DNA of 64,000 nt, from NCBI GenBank assembly GCA_963725865.1, contig CAVSAC010000012.1, positions 224,001-288,000 on the forward strand, read 5' to 3'. Below, one piece after another: positions 41,504 to 51,359 of the stretch. Position 1 is the first letter of the stretch. Every line of letters starts with the position of its first letter. The DNA comes from Candidatus Eiseniibacteriota bacterium. Its GTDB lineage: Bacteria; Eisenbacteria; RBG-16-71-46. Both the position numbers and the translations under genes were made by a program. Below the pieces are notes generated by a model. The model was not told where the DNA came from, made no database searches, and worked only from the letters and a program-made list of their open reading frames with translations.

Positions 41504-43595
41504 CGGTCGCGGGCTTCACGGGCAGTGGTTGGGCCGGCGGCTTCGCAGCGCTGCCGGCGGTGCGGCCGAGCGTGTACTTCTCGATCCAGTCGAGATGCCA
41601 CTGCATCGCCGACTTCAGCAGCTTCGGCTCGCGCGGCGTGTGCGCCGAGCGTGGCAGCAGCAGCAGGTCGGTCGGCACGCCGAGCTGGCGGAGCGCGTTG
41701 TAGAACTCCCAGCCCTGGCTGGTGGGCACGCGGTCGTCGCTGGTGCCGTGGATGAGCGCGGTCGGAGTCTTCACCCGGTTGGCGTGGAACACCGCCGAGT
41801 GCTCGATGTACGCGGTCGGATCCTCCCAGGGCCACGCGGCGAAGTACGAGCGCGCGAACTCGGGAATGTCGGCGGTGCCCGTGAACGACGCCAGGTCGGT
41901 CACGCCCGCGCCGACGACCGCGGCCTTGAAGCGGTCGGTCTTGGTCACGATGGTCGAGGTCATGAAGCCGCCGTACGACCAGCCGCACACCGCCAGCCGC
42001 GCCGGATCGGCGAGCCCGCGCTGGATGAGCGCGTCGACGCCCGCCATGATGTCGTCGTAGTCCTTGCCGCCCCAGTCGCGCACGTTCGCGGCCCGGAACG
42101 CCTCGCCGTAGCCGCCGCTGCCGCGCGGGTTGGGCAGCAGCACCGCAAAGCCGTCCTGCGCGAGCGCCGCGAACGGGTAGACGCGCTGCATGACCGTGCA
42201 CGTGTAGGAATTGGTGCCGGCGGGCCCGCCGTGGACCACCACCAGCAGCGGCACGCGCGCGCCGGGATGGTAGTCGACCGGGTAGACGAGCAGGCCGTCG
42301 ATGTCCATCCCGCCGGCGCCCTTCCACGTCACGCGCTCCTTGCGGAACGCGAGGAAGTCCTGCGCGGTCGGGTTCACGTCGGTGATGCGCCGCGGTTCGC
42401 CGCCCTCGGGCCGCTTGGGATCGCCGCCGGCGATGCGCTGGAAGTACAGCTCGCGCGGCTCCACGCTCGACTCGCGGGCGTAGACGGCGACGATGCCCTT
42501 GGGATCGATCGACGGGATGCCGTGCACGTAGTCACCGCTCGTGAACTCGACCGGCGGCGTGCCGTCCACGAACGCGCGCAGGATCCGGCGCGCCGGGCCC
42601 CGGTCGCAGACGAAGAACAGCGAGGTGCCGTCGTGGTTCCAGCGCAGCGGGGAGTTGAACGGCGAGACGCGCTCGTCCAGCGACTTCGTCAGGTTCGTCG
42701 GGGCGCCGCCGTCGGGCGAGACGATGCACACGTAGTCGTTCGTGTACCACTCGGTGTCGTGGCCGTCCTGCGAGGCGAACGCGATCCACTTGCCGTCCGG
42801 CGACCACGCCGGATCGGCGTCGGTGCCGGGGCGCACCACCAGCGGCTTCGGCGCCCCGCCGGCGACCGACACGAGGTACAGGTCCGAGCGGTAGGCGTCG
42901 GGCACGAGCGGCGTCGGCTGTGCCGCGAACACCACGCGCTGCCCGTCGGGCGACAGCGAGAACCCGGTGACGTGCAACTCGCTCGTCAGCTGGGTGGCCT
43001 TGTGCGAGGCGACGTCGATCACCCACAGCCGGTTCCACGCGTAGCGATCGGTGGGTCGCCAGGCGTCGTCCTTGTCCTTCTCGCGCTTCTTCTGGTCGTC
43101 GCTCTTCGGCTGGCGGGAGAGATAAGCGATGGTGTTCGAGTCGTGCGACCACTCGAACGCCGATACGCCGCCAGCGGCGTCGGTCACGCACTGCGCCTCA
43201 CCGCCGTCGGTGCGCATCATCCACACCTGGCGCCGGCCCTCGTCGGTGGCGTCGTCCTTGTGGCCCGGGCGCGGGCGCTCCGACAGGAACGCCAGCCAGT
43301 GTCCATCGGGAGACCAGCGCGGCGACTCCTCGTTCTGGTCGGTGAACGTCAGGCGGCGGTGCTCGGCGCCATTGAGGCGCGAGACCCACACGTCGGTCTG
43401 GTAGTCGCTGTGGTCGGCGTTCCAGTCCTGGAGCACGTACGCCACCGAGACCGCGTCGACGTGCACCTGCGGGTCCGAGACCACGCGCACGGCCAGCAGA
43501 TCGTCGAGCGTCCAGCGCTGCATGCCGGCGTGCGCGGCCGCGGCGGGCAGGGACGCGGCGAGGGCGAGCGCGACCAGGAGTCGGCGCGGCGTCAT
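41490..43595 (-). CDS. S9 family (prolyl oligopeptidase/acylaminoacyl) peptidase with PD40 propeller
   Basis: Signal peptide from MTPRRLL; WSPDG repeats; HGGP, NPRGSGGYG, GWSYGG, DDRVP and catalytic His. Confidence 0.92.
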   Translation of the reverse strand: MTPRRLLVALALAASLPAAAAHAGMQRWTLDDLLAVRVVSDPQVHVDAVSVAYVLQDWNADHSDYQTDVWVSRLNGAEHRRLTFTDQNEESPRWSPDGHWLAFLSERPRPGHKDDATDEGRRQVWMMRTDGGEAQCVTDAAGGVSAFEWSHDSNTIAYLSRQPKSDDQKKREKDKDDAWRPTDRYAWNRLWVIDVASHKATQLTSELHVTGFSLSPDGQRVVFAAQPTPLVPDAYRSDLYLVSVAGGAPKPLVVRPGTDADPAWSPDGKWIAFASQDGHDTEWYTNDYVCIVSPDGGAPTNLTKSLDERVSPFNSPLRWNHDGTSLFFVCDRGPARRILRAFVDGTPPVEFTSGDYVHGIPSIDPKGIVAVYARESSVEPRELYFQRIAGGDPKRPEGGEPRRITDVNPTAQDFLAFRKERVTWKGAGGMDIDGLLVYPVDYHPGARVPLLVVVHGGPAGTNSYTCTVMQRVYPFAALAQDGFAVLLPNPRGSGGYGEAFRAANVRDWGGKDYDDIMAGVDALIQRGLADPARLAVCGWSYGGFMTSTIVTKTDRFKAAVVGAGVTDLASFTGTADIPEFARSYFAAWPWEDPTAYIEHSAVFHANRVKTPTALIHGTSDDRVPTSQGWEFYNALRQLGVPTDLLLLPRSAHTPREPKLLKSAMQWHLDWIEKYTLGRTAGSAAKPPAQPLPVKPATGGRH

Positions 43596-43683
43596 CGTCA
43601 ACCTCCGGGGGAGTGCGGTGCGATGCGTGCGAGGGATCCAGGCGCGCGGCAGCATAGCACCGAACCGCGGGCGCGCCGTCCGC

Positions 43684-45948
43684 TCAGCCCGGCTCGCCCG
43701 CCGGCACCGGCGCGCACGGGCGGCCGGCGGCCGCGGCGCTGACGACGCAGTTGTAGTCGGGCGATCCCGACACCGGGTCGAAGGTGCGCGGGATGAGCGC
43801 GTTGGTCTCGGGCCAGTACGCCTGCAGGTGTCCGCGCTTCATGGGCGCGATGCGCGCAAACCCGCTCCAGGTGCCGACCGCGGAGCGCAGCACGATCGCG
43901 TCGCCGTCGGCCACGCCGAGCTGCGCCGCGTCGTCGCCGTCGATCAGCACGTCGCGGCGGCTCGCAGCGCCCATCAGGTAGTCCCGCTCGCCGTGGCTCA
44001 TGCTGTTGAACTGCTTCCCGCGCCGCGTGGTGAGGTAGAAGCAACCGGCCGGTACGACGACTCGCGGGACCGGCACCGCGCTGAAGCGCGCGCGACCGTC
44101 CGGCATGCGCGTGAAGCCGTCGCGGAACAGCTGCGGTCCGCCCCATTGCACGCTCTGGCCCTCGCGCTCGAGCGCCTCGATGCCGGCGTAGGCGGGCATC
44201 GCCCGCGCGATCTCGCGCCGCACCTCGGCGGGGCCCGGCCATGCGAACGCGCCGGCCAGCGCGGGCCGCGCCGCGCACGCCACGCGCGCCGGGATGCGCC
44301 ACTCGGGCTCGGCTTCGGCGATGCGCGGCCCCGCGATCTCGGGCGAGAAGCGGATGCGCCGCTCGGTGCTGGTGGTGGTGCCGCCGCCGGCGGTCTCGTA
44401 GCGCGTCTGCGCCGGCAGCAGCAGCACCGTGCGCCCCGGCAGCAGCGACGAGGTGTTGAGCACGATGTCCTGGTGGATGCGCAACCGCACCCGCGAGAGC
44501 GCCTCGAGCATGTAGCCGCGGTCGGGCATGGTCTCGAGCAGGTTGCCGCCGAGCGAGTAGAGCAGGTCGAGCTCGCCGCGGTGCGCCGCCTCGAGCATCT
44601 GCAGCGTGCGATGGCCGCGCCACGCGGGCAGCGCGTGGCCCCACAGCGACTCGAAGCGGGCGCGGTCCTCGTCGCGCGCGACCTCGAAGCCGCCCGGGTA
44701 CTTGTCCGGGTCGACGCCGCACTCGCCGCCGCCCTGCACGCCCGAGTGGCCGCGGATCGGCATCACGCCGCACTGCTCGCGCCCGAACATGCCGCGCGCC
44801 AGCGCCAGGTTGACGAGCGCGCGGACGTTGTCCACGCCGAAGCGGTGCTGAGTGAGCCCCATGCTGTACACGAACACGCAGGTGCGCGCGGCCGCGTACT
44901 GGCGCGCGAAGCGGAGCATGTCCTCGCGGCGCTGGCCGGCGGCGGCCTCGAGCTCTTCCCACGGGAGCCGCTCGAGCAGCGCGCGCAGTTCCTCGAAGCC
45001 GGTCGTGTGCGCGTCCACGAAAGAGCGATCGACCGCGCCCAGCTCGATCAGGTGCTTGAGCACGCCGTGCAGGAACGCGACGTCGCCGCCCACGCTGACC
45101 TGGAAGAAGTCGTCCATGAGTTTGGTGCCGAACAGCATGCTGCGCACGTCGCTCGGCACCCAGTAGCGCTCGAGCCCCGGCTCGCGCATGGGATTCACCA
45201 CCAGGATGCGGGTGCCCCGACGCTTGGCGTAGGTGAGGTACTTGGTGGTGACCGGCTGGTTGTTCGCCAGATGCGAGCCGAGGATCACGACCAGGTCGGC
45301 CCCGATCATGTCCTTCAGCGAGCAGGTCGGCGCCGCGACCCCGAGCGTCTCCTTCAGTCCCGACACGCTCGCCGCGTGGCACAGCCGCGAGCACAGGTCG
45401 ACGTGGTTCGAGCCCAGCAGCCGCGCGGCCTTCTGGAACGCGTAGTAGGTCTCGTTCGTGATGCCGCGCGAGGTGGCGAAGAAGCCCATCCGCTCGCCCG
45501 GCACGTCCCGCAGCTCCTCGGCCGCGATCGCCAGCGCCTCGTCCCACGACAGCCGGTGCAGGGCGCCGTCGCCACGATGAATCATCGGATACGGCAGTCG
45601 CCCCAGCCGGTGCAGCTGGTCGTTCGGCAGCGCGCGCAGCGCCGTGAGGTCGGCCAGCGCGGCATCCGGAACCGGACCCATGGTGTTCAGGCGGAGCAGC
45701 TTCAGCCGCGTCATGCAGAGATGGACGCCGTCGATGACGTCGTCGCGCAGGCCGCGCGGTCCGAGCGCGCAGCCGTCGCACACGCCGCGGTTGAGGATGC
45801 GCCAGGCGTACGGCAGGTTGTCGCGGTTCTCCCACGCCACCTGCGCCATCTCGACGAACGGGCGCGGGCGCGGGTGGCGCCCGGGGCCGAACGGCAGGAG
45901 ATCGCGGAGGCGGAAACGTCCGCGGCTGGAGGTCAGTGGACTCGCCAT
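43684..45948 (-). CDS. FdhF/YdeP family molybdopterin oxidoreductase
   Basis: CDGCALG, CSRLCH (Cys ligand), MGLTQH, PIRGHSGVQG, TRRGKQFNS. Confidence 0.9.
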   Translation of the reverse strand: MASPLTSSRGRFRLRDLLPFGPGRHPRPRPFVEMAQVAWENRDNLPYAWRILNRGVCDGCALGPRGLRDDVIDGVHLCMTRLKLLRLNTMGPVPDAALADLTALRALPNDQLHRLGRLPYPMIHRGDGALHRLSWDEALAIAAEELRDVPGERMGFFATSRGITNETYYAFQKAARLLGSNHVDLCSRLCHAASVSGLKETLGVAAPTCSLKDMIGADLVVILGSHLANNQPVTTKYLTYAKRRGTRILVVNPMREPGLERYWVPSDVRSMLFGTKLMDDFFQVSVGGDVAFLHGVLKHLIELGAVDRSFVDAHTTGFEELRALLERLPWEELEAAAGQRREDMLRFARQYAAARTCVFVYSMGLTQHRFGVDNVRALVNLALARGMFGREQCGVMPIRGHSGVQGGGECGVDPDKYPGGFEVARDEDRARFESLWGHALPAWRGHRTLQMLEAAHRGELDLLYSLGGNLLETMPDRGYMLEALSRVRLRIHQDIVLNTSSLLPGRTVLLLPAQTRYETAGGGTTTSTERRIRFSPEIAGPRIAEAEPEWRIPARVACAARPALAGAFAWPGPAEVRREIARAMPAYAGIEALEREGQSVQWGGPQLFRDGFTRMPDGRARFSAVPVPRVVVPAGCFYLTTRRGKQFNSMSHGERDYLMGAASRRDVLIDGDDAAQLGVADGDAIVLRSAVGTWSGFARIAPMKRGHLQAYWPETNALIPRTFDPVSGSPDYNCVVSAAAAGRPCAPVPAGEPG

Positions 45949-46022
45949 GGGGTGCGGGCAGAGTAGCGGCCGGCGCCGCGCGAGGGAAGCGCCGTCCACG
46001 CGAGTGGCGGCGCGCGGGCCCG

Positions 46023-46922
46023 TCAGCGGCGCAGGCTGAGTCCGGTCTGCAGGTTGATCCGCTCGCGCTGATCCCCGTACAGCGCGTCCGCGACCGGTAG
46101 CTGCACGCCCAGCCGCAGCGCGAGGCGCTCGGTCAGCCGCAGCTCGGCGCGAGGCGTGAGGTACAGCAGCGCTCCTCCGGTATCGGGATCGCGCACTCCC
46201 GCGTCCACGTCGTGGCGCGCAGCGCGGAAGTCCAGCTCGGGGCCGGCCTCGAGCCAGGACGTGAACTCGTGCTGCCAGCCGAGATTCGCGACCGCGACGT
46301 CGCCATAGCGGTAGTCGTGGCGGTTGGCATCGTTCCAGCGCCCGTGCACTCCGCCGTACAGTGCGTCGTGCTCGCCCAGCGGATGCACCAGGGCGAGGCC
46401 GGCCAGCAGGCCCGCGGCGCCAGTGCCGGGCTGGAGGTGTTCCTCAGCGCGCGCGCCGTTGATCGCGAGGTCGTTGCGTCCCGACGGCAGTCGCACACCG
46501 ACCAGCAGCGCGAGCCACAGCGGCCGCTCGCCGCCGCGCAGCGTGCTCACCGTCGCCGTCAGCTCGGCGTCCGAGAATCCCGCGCGCGTGGCGCGCACGG
46601 GTCCGGCGCTGATGGTGCGATCCGAGTACGGCGCGCGCGCCGCGAGGGTCAGGTGCCGCAGCGGCGCCCACGAGCCGCTCAGCGTGTACCGCAGCTCGTG
46701 CTCCTGCTCGCGCAGGGTCGGATCCTCGGGCACCACCTGATCCTTGGCGAAGCGCTCGGTCTCGAGCGAGACGCCCCAGCTGCGCTGATTCAGCAGCGGA
46801 CTGCCCGCAAGCGTGTGCGCGGGATCGTCGCAGCGGCACATCGAGCAGGAGCGCGACGGCACGGGCAACGCGAGCGCGGCGGTGATCGCGAACGCGAGTG
46901 CGCCCGGGTGGATGGGATGCAT
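46023..46922 (-). CDS. Outer-membrane beta-barrel transporter-like protein with N-terminal CxxCxC
   Basis: Signal peptide then CSMCRC; G(F)SD, GVRLPSG, LQPGTG, YRYGD, DTGG..LTP, GVQLPV beta-strand pattern. Confidence 0.65.
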   Translation of the reverse strand: MHPIHPGALAFAITAALALPVPSRSCSMCRCDDPAHTLAGSPLLNQRSWGVSLETERFAKDQVVPEDPTLREQEHELRYTLSGSWAPLRHLTLAARAPYSDRTISAGPVRATRAGFSDAELTATVSTLRGGERPLWLALLVGVRLPSGRNDLAINGARAEEHLQPGTGAAGLLAGLALVHPLGEHDALYGGVHGRWNDANRHDYRYGDVAVANLGWQHEFTSWLEAGPELDFRAARHDVDAGVRDPDTGGALLYLTPRAELRLTERLALRLGVQLPVADALYGDQRERINLQTGLSLRR

Positions 46923-47120
46923 GGGGCCTCCGAGTGGGGATCGAAGCGGCAGGGCGGATGCTAGCGCACCGGGGGCGTGCGCGAAAGCCCGGCCGCCCCG
47001 CGAGGCGCCGAAGTTCGATTGCACCGACCATCTGGGCCTCGCGCGCGAGGCAGGCTAGACTGCGCTCTCGGCTCGCCCGGCGCCGGTCCGCCGGCCCCCT
47101 CCGTCCGCTTGGAGAACGTC

Positions 47121-48077
47121 ATGCTCTATCGCCCGCTCGGCCGCACCGGCATGCGCGTCTCGGCCCTCTCACTCGGCTCCTGGACCACGTACGGCGGCTC
47201 GGTCGCCGACGACGAGGCGGTGCGCATCGTGCGGCACGCGTTCGAGCGTGGCGTGAACCTGTTCGACACCTCCGACGTGTACGAGCGCGGCGCCGCCGAG
47301 ACCGTGCTGGGCAAGGCGCTGCGCGGGATGCCGCGCGAGCAGCTGGTGATCGCGACCAAGGTGCGCGGCCGGGTGTGGGACGGGCCGCTCGGCGAGGGGC
47401 TCACGCGCAAGCACATCTTCGACGCGTGCGAGCACAGCCTGCGGCGGCTCGGCGTCGATTACGTCGACCTCTACCAGCTGCACTGGCCCGACGCGGAGGT
47501 GCCGCTGGAGGAGACGCTGCGCGCGCTCGAGGACCTGGTGCGCGCCGGCAAGGTGCGCTACCCGGGCTACTCGAACTACGACCATCACGCGACCGCCGAC
47601 CGGCGCGTGCTCGAGATCCAGCAGGCGCGCGGCTGGGACGCGATGGCATCGAGCCAGCCGCGCTACAACCTGCTCGACCGCCACATCGAGGCGAAGCACC
47701 TGCCGCTGTGCCGCGAGCAGGGCGTCGGGCTCATCACGTACTCGCCGCTGTCGCAGGGAGTGCTCACCAACAAGTACGCCGGTGGAGCGATCCCGCCCGG
47801 CAGCCGCGCGACCAACGCGTTCGCGTTCTTCCTGGATCAGGAGAAGGCGCGCACGCCGGAAAACCTCGCGGCGGTCGAGCGTCTCGCGGCGTGGTGCGCG
47901 CGGAGCGGCGCGGGCTCCCCGGCGCAGGTGGCGCTGGCGTGGGTGCTGCGCGAGCCGCAGGTGTCCAGCGCGATCATCGGAGCCACCACCGTGGCGCAGC
48001 TCGACGAGAACCTCGCGGCCCTGGAGTTGACGCTGACGGATGCGCAGTGGCGGGAGGTCGAGGGCTGCTTCGCCTGA
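47121..48077 (+). CDS. Aldo/keto reductase (Kv-beta/Tas-like)
   Basis: FDTSDVY, IATK, SLRRLGVDYVDLYQLH, YSPLSQG, AIIGAT. Start re-picked after SD GGAG. Confidence 0.93.
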   Translation: MLYRPLGRTGMRVSALSLGSWTTYGGSVADDEAVRIVRHAFERGVNLFDTSDVYERGAAETVLGKALRGMPREQLVIATKVRGRVWDGPLGEGLTRKHIFDACEHSLRRLGVDYVDLYQLHWPDAEVPLEETLRALEDLVRAGKVRYPGYSNYDHHATADRRVLEIQQARGWDAMASSQPRYNLLDRHIEAKHLPLCREQGVGLITYSPLSQGVLTNKYAGGAIPPGSRATNAFAFFLDQEKARTPENLAAVERLAAWCARSGAGSPAQVALAWVLREPQVSSAIIGATTVAQLDENLAALELTLTDAQWREVEGCFA

Positions 48078-48099
48078 GCGCGGCGCTCGAACGAGCGGC

Positions 48100-49218
48100 T
48101 CACCGCACCGTCTTGTGGAACCTCGTGGTCGCGAGCCACAGCACCGCGACGCCCATGACCAGCAGGAACAGGAACTGCGGCCACAGCGCGTCGATCCCGG
48201 CGCCCTTGAGGAAGATCGCCCGCACGATCTCGAGGTAGTGGCGCAGCGGGTTCGCGAGCGTGATCCACTGGAACGCGACCGGCATGCTCGTGACCGGGAA
48301 CATGAACCCCGAGAGCATCATCACCGGCATGATGGCGAGGAACGTGGTGAGGAACGCCTCCTGCTGGGTGTTCGAGATCGTCGAGATCAGCAGCCCGAGT
48401 CCCAGCGCGGTGAGCAGGAACAGCAGCGCCGCCAGCAGCAGCAGCGGGGCCTGGCCCAGGAACGGGATGCGGAACCACAGCAGCGCGACCGCGGTGATGA
48501 TGGCCATCTGCACCAGGCCGACCAGGCCGAACGGGATGGTCTTGCCGATGATCAGCTCGCCGGGCGTGAGCGGGCTCACCATCAGCTGCTCGAGCGTGCC
48601 GAGCTCGCGCTCGCGGACCACCGCGAGCGCGGTCAGCATCAGGCTCATCATCAGCACGATGGTGCCGACGACGGCGGGGATGTTGTAGTTGCGCGAGACC
48701 AGCGCGGGGTTGTACCAGGCGCGCTCGCGCAGGTCGACGGGCGGCACCACGACGCGATCGAGCGTGGCGAGCCCGTGGGTGCGCACGATCTGTTCCGCGT
48801 ACCCGAGTGCCACCGTGGCCACGTTCGAGTTGGTGCCGTCCACCAGCACCTGGACGTGCGCGCCCGCCGGCCCGCGCAGCATGCGCGCGTAGCCGGGCGG
48901 GATCTGCAGCGCGAGCACCGCGCGCCCGTGGTCGAGCGCGTCCGCCGCGTCCGCCGCGCGGTCGGAGCGCCCCACGATGCGGAAGTAGTCGCCGGCGGTC
49001 AGCGCGTCGATCAGCGAGCGCGAGGCCTGGGTGTGGTCGTGGTCGACGACGAACATGTGGGTGCGACGCACGTCGGTCGAGACCGCATAGCCGAAGATCA
49101 CGAGCTGGATGATCGGCGAGACGAAGATCATCCGGCTCATCCGCGGGTCCCGGAACAGCTGGCGGAACTCCTTCTGAACGACGCCCGCGATGCGTTCGAG
49201 CTTGTCGCGCCGCATCAT
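48100..49218 (-). CDS. ABC-2 transporter permease (YbhR-like)
   Basis: KEFRQLFRD, VVRERELGTLEQLMVSP, LSGFMFP, NPLRHY. Confidence 0.9.
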   Translation of the reverse strand: MMRRDKLERIAGVVQKEFRQLFRDPRMSRMIFVSPIIQLVIFGYAVSTDVRRTHMFVVDHDHTQASRSLIDALTAGDYFRIVGRSDRAADAADALDHGRAVLALQIPPGYARMLRGPAGAHVQVLVDGTNSNVATVALGYAEQIVRTHGLATLDRVVVPPVDLRERAWYNPALVSRNYNIPAVVGTIVLMMSLMLTALAVVRERELGTLEQLMVSPLTPGELIIGKTIPFGLVGLVQMAIITAVALLWFRIPFLGQAPLLLLAALLFLLTALGLGLLISTISNTQQEAFLTTFLAIMPVMMLSGFMFPVTSMPVAFQWITLANPLRHYLEIVRAIFLKGAGIDALWPQFLFLLVMGVAVLWLATTRFHKTVR

Positions 49219-50339
49219 CCGAGGTCCTTCCGGAACGCCCGCACGGCCAGGCCGAGCCCGACGCACGCGAACACCACCATGAGCAGCGCCTGGGTGCTCA
49301 GCACCTCGATGCCGACGCCCTTGAGGAAGATCCCGCGCGTCACCACCAGGAAGTAGCGCGCCGGGATCGTGTAGGAGATCAGCTGCAGCCAGCGCGGCAT
49401 GACGTCGAGCGAGAACATGAACCCCGACAGCAGGAAGGCCGGCAGGTAGGTGACGAGCATCGCCAGCTGAGTGGCCATCAGCTGGGTGCGCGCCACCGCC
49501 GAGATGAAGATCCCCAGCCCCAGCGCCCCGGTCAGGAACAGGAACGACAGCCCCGCGAGCAGCAGCACGCTGCCGCGGAACGGCACGCCGAAGATCACGA
49601 CCCCGAGCACCGAGGTGAGCGTGACGTCGAGCAGCCCGATGGCGAGGTAGGGGAGCAGCTTGCCGATCACGACCTCGAGCCGCGACACCGGCGTGGAGGC
49701 GAGCTGCTCCATGGTGCCGCGCTCCCACTCGCGCGCGATCGTGAGCGAGGTGAGCATCGCCGCGATGATCATCATGATCGTGGCGACCAGGCCCGGCACG
49801 ATCATGTTGCGGCTCACGAGCTCCTCGTTGTACCAGACGCGACTCTCGACCGTGATCGGCAGCTGCAGGCGCTGGCCCCGCAGCAGCACGCGCTGCGACC
49901 AGGTTTGCGCGGTGGCGCGGGCGTACGCCATGACGATCGTGGCGGTGTTGGCGTCGGCGCCGTCCACCAGCGCCTGTACCGGCGCGCCGTGGCCGTGCGT
50001 GAGGTCGCGCTCGAATCCCGGCGGCACGATGAGCACCAGCTTGACGCTGCCGCGGTCGAACAGCGCCGGCACCTGCGACGCGCTGACGAGCGACTGCGTG
50101 ACGCGGAAGTAGCCGGAGGAGGCGAACGCGTCGAGGAACTCGCGGCTCTTCGACGAGCGGTCCTGGTCGACGACCGCGGTGTGGATGTCGCGCACGTCCC
50201 AGGTGATCGCGTAGCCGAACATGATCAGCATGAAGACCGGCAGCGCGAACGCCAGGATCAGGCTGCGTGGGTCGCGGCGCAGCTGCACGAGCTCCTTGTG
50301 CGCGATCGCCTTCAGGCGGGTGCGGTTGAAGACGGCCAT
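49215..50339 (-). CDS. ABC-2 transporter permease (YbhS-like)
   Basis: KELVQLRRDPRS, IAREWERGTMEQL, LSGFMF. Confidence 0.9.
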   Translation of the reverse strand: MAVFNRTRLKAIAHKELVQLRRDPRSLILAFALPVFMLIMFGYAITWDVRDIHTAVVDQDRSSKSREFLDAFASSGYFRVTQSLVSASQVPALFDRGSVKLVLIVPPGFERDLTHGHGAPVQALVDGADANTATIVMAYARATAQTWSQRVLLRGQRLQLPITVESRVWYNEELVSRNMIVPGLVATIMMIIAAMLTSLTIAREWERGTMEQLASTPVSRLEVVIGKLLPYLAIGLLDVTLTSVLGVVIFGVPFRGSVLLLAGLSFLFLTGALGLGIFISAVARTQLMATQLAMLVTYLPAFLLSGFMFSLDVMPRWLQLISYTIPARYFLVVTRGIFLKGVGIEVLSTQALLMVVFACVGLGLAVRAFRKDLG

Positions 50340-50341
50340 GG

Positions 50342-51301
50342 TCAGTCCTCCACCGCGCCACCGGCGCCCTGGACGCGCGCGATGAACACGTGCTCGAGCG
50401 TGGGCTCGATCCGCGCGATCGTGCCGTGGCGCACGCCCTGCGCGTCGAGCCGCGCGGTGAGCGCCGCCTCGACGTCGGGGGCGGCGTCGACGGTGGCGTG
50501 CACCGCCCGGCCGAACAGCCCCGCCGCGTGCACGAACGGAGCGCCCGTCAGTGCCTCGACCGCGTGCAACCCGTCGTCGGTGCGCACCTCGAGCACCGGG
50601 TCGGTCAGCCCGGCGCGCAGCGCCTCCGGGGTGTCGAGCGCGATCAGCCGGCCGCGGTTCATGAGCGCCAGGCGGTGGCAGTACTCGGCCTCCTCCATGT
50701 AGTGGGTGCTCACGAACACGGTGGTGCCGCCTTCGGTCAGTGTGTAGATGAGGTCCCAGAACGCGCGGCGCGAGATCGGATCGACCCCCGATGTGGGCTC
50801 GTCGAGGAACAGCAGCGGAGGCCGGTGCAGCACGGCGGTGCCGAGCGCGAGACGCTGCTTCCAGCCCAGCGGGAGGTCGCGCGTCATGCGCCCGCGCTGG
50901 TCGGTGAGCCCCGCCATCGCGAGCACCCAGTCCCGCCGCTCGGCGCGCTCGGTCCGCGGCACCCCGTTCAAGTTCGAGAAGAACTCGATGTTCTCCGCGA
51001 CCGTGAGGTCGCCGTAGAGCGAGAACGCCTGCGACATGTACCCGATGCGCCGCTTGATCGACTCGGTCTCGCGCATCACGTCGAAGCCCGCGACCGTGCC
51101 GGAGCCGGACGACGGCGCGAGCAGCCCGCACAGCATGCGGATGGTCGTGGTCTTGCCAGCGCCGTTGGGGCCCAGGAAGCCGAACACCTCGCCGCGCTCG
51201 ACCTCGAACGAGACGTGATCGACGGCGACGAACGTGCCGAACCGGCGCGTCAGGTCGCGCACCACGACCGCGTGCTCGGGCGCCTGCGGTGCGGTGCTCA
51301 C
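50342..51301 (-). CDS. ABC transporter ATP-binding protein
   Basis: GPNGAGKTT, LPLGWKQRL, LDEPTSGVDP, STHYMEEAE. Confidence 0.92.
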   Translation of the reverse strand: MSTAPQAPEHAVVVRDLTRRFGTFVAVDHVSFEVERGEVFGFLGPNGAGKTTTIRMLCGLLAPSSGSGTVAGFDVMRETESIKRRIGYMSQAFSLYGDLTVAENIEFFSNLNGVPRTERAERRDWVLAMAGLTDQRGRMTRDLPLGWKQRLALGTAVLHRPPLLFLDEPTSGVDPISRRAFWDLIYTLTEGGTTVFVSTHYMEEAEYCHRLALMNRGRLIALDTPEALRAGLTDPVLEVRTDDGLHAVEALTGAPFVHAAGLFGRAVHATVDAAPDVEAALTARLDAQGVRHGTIARIEPTLEHVFIARVQGAGGAVED

Positions 51302-51359
51302 GGGATCACCCGCGGCACGGTCGACCGGCCTGCATGCCGGTGGCGGCAGTTCGCGCCGC

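Noticed and set aside
38517..43595. S9 peptidase-glpD-glpK as a novel pathway
   Set aside because: All three are ordinary enzymes. The short overlap and missing glpF are not enough to imply a functional link.
45380..45410. Selenocysteine in the FdhF/YdeP enzyme
   Set aside because: The ligand motif CSRLCH is encoded with TGC codons and the ORF has no internal TGA.
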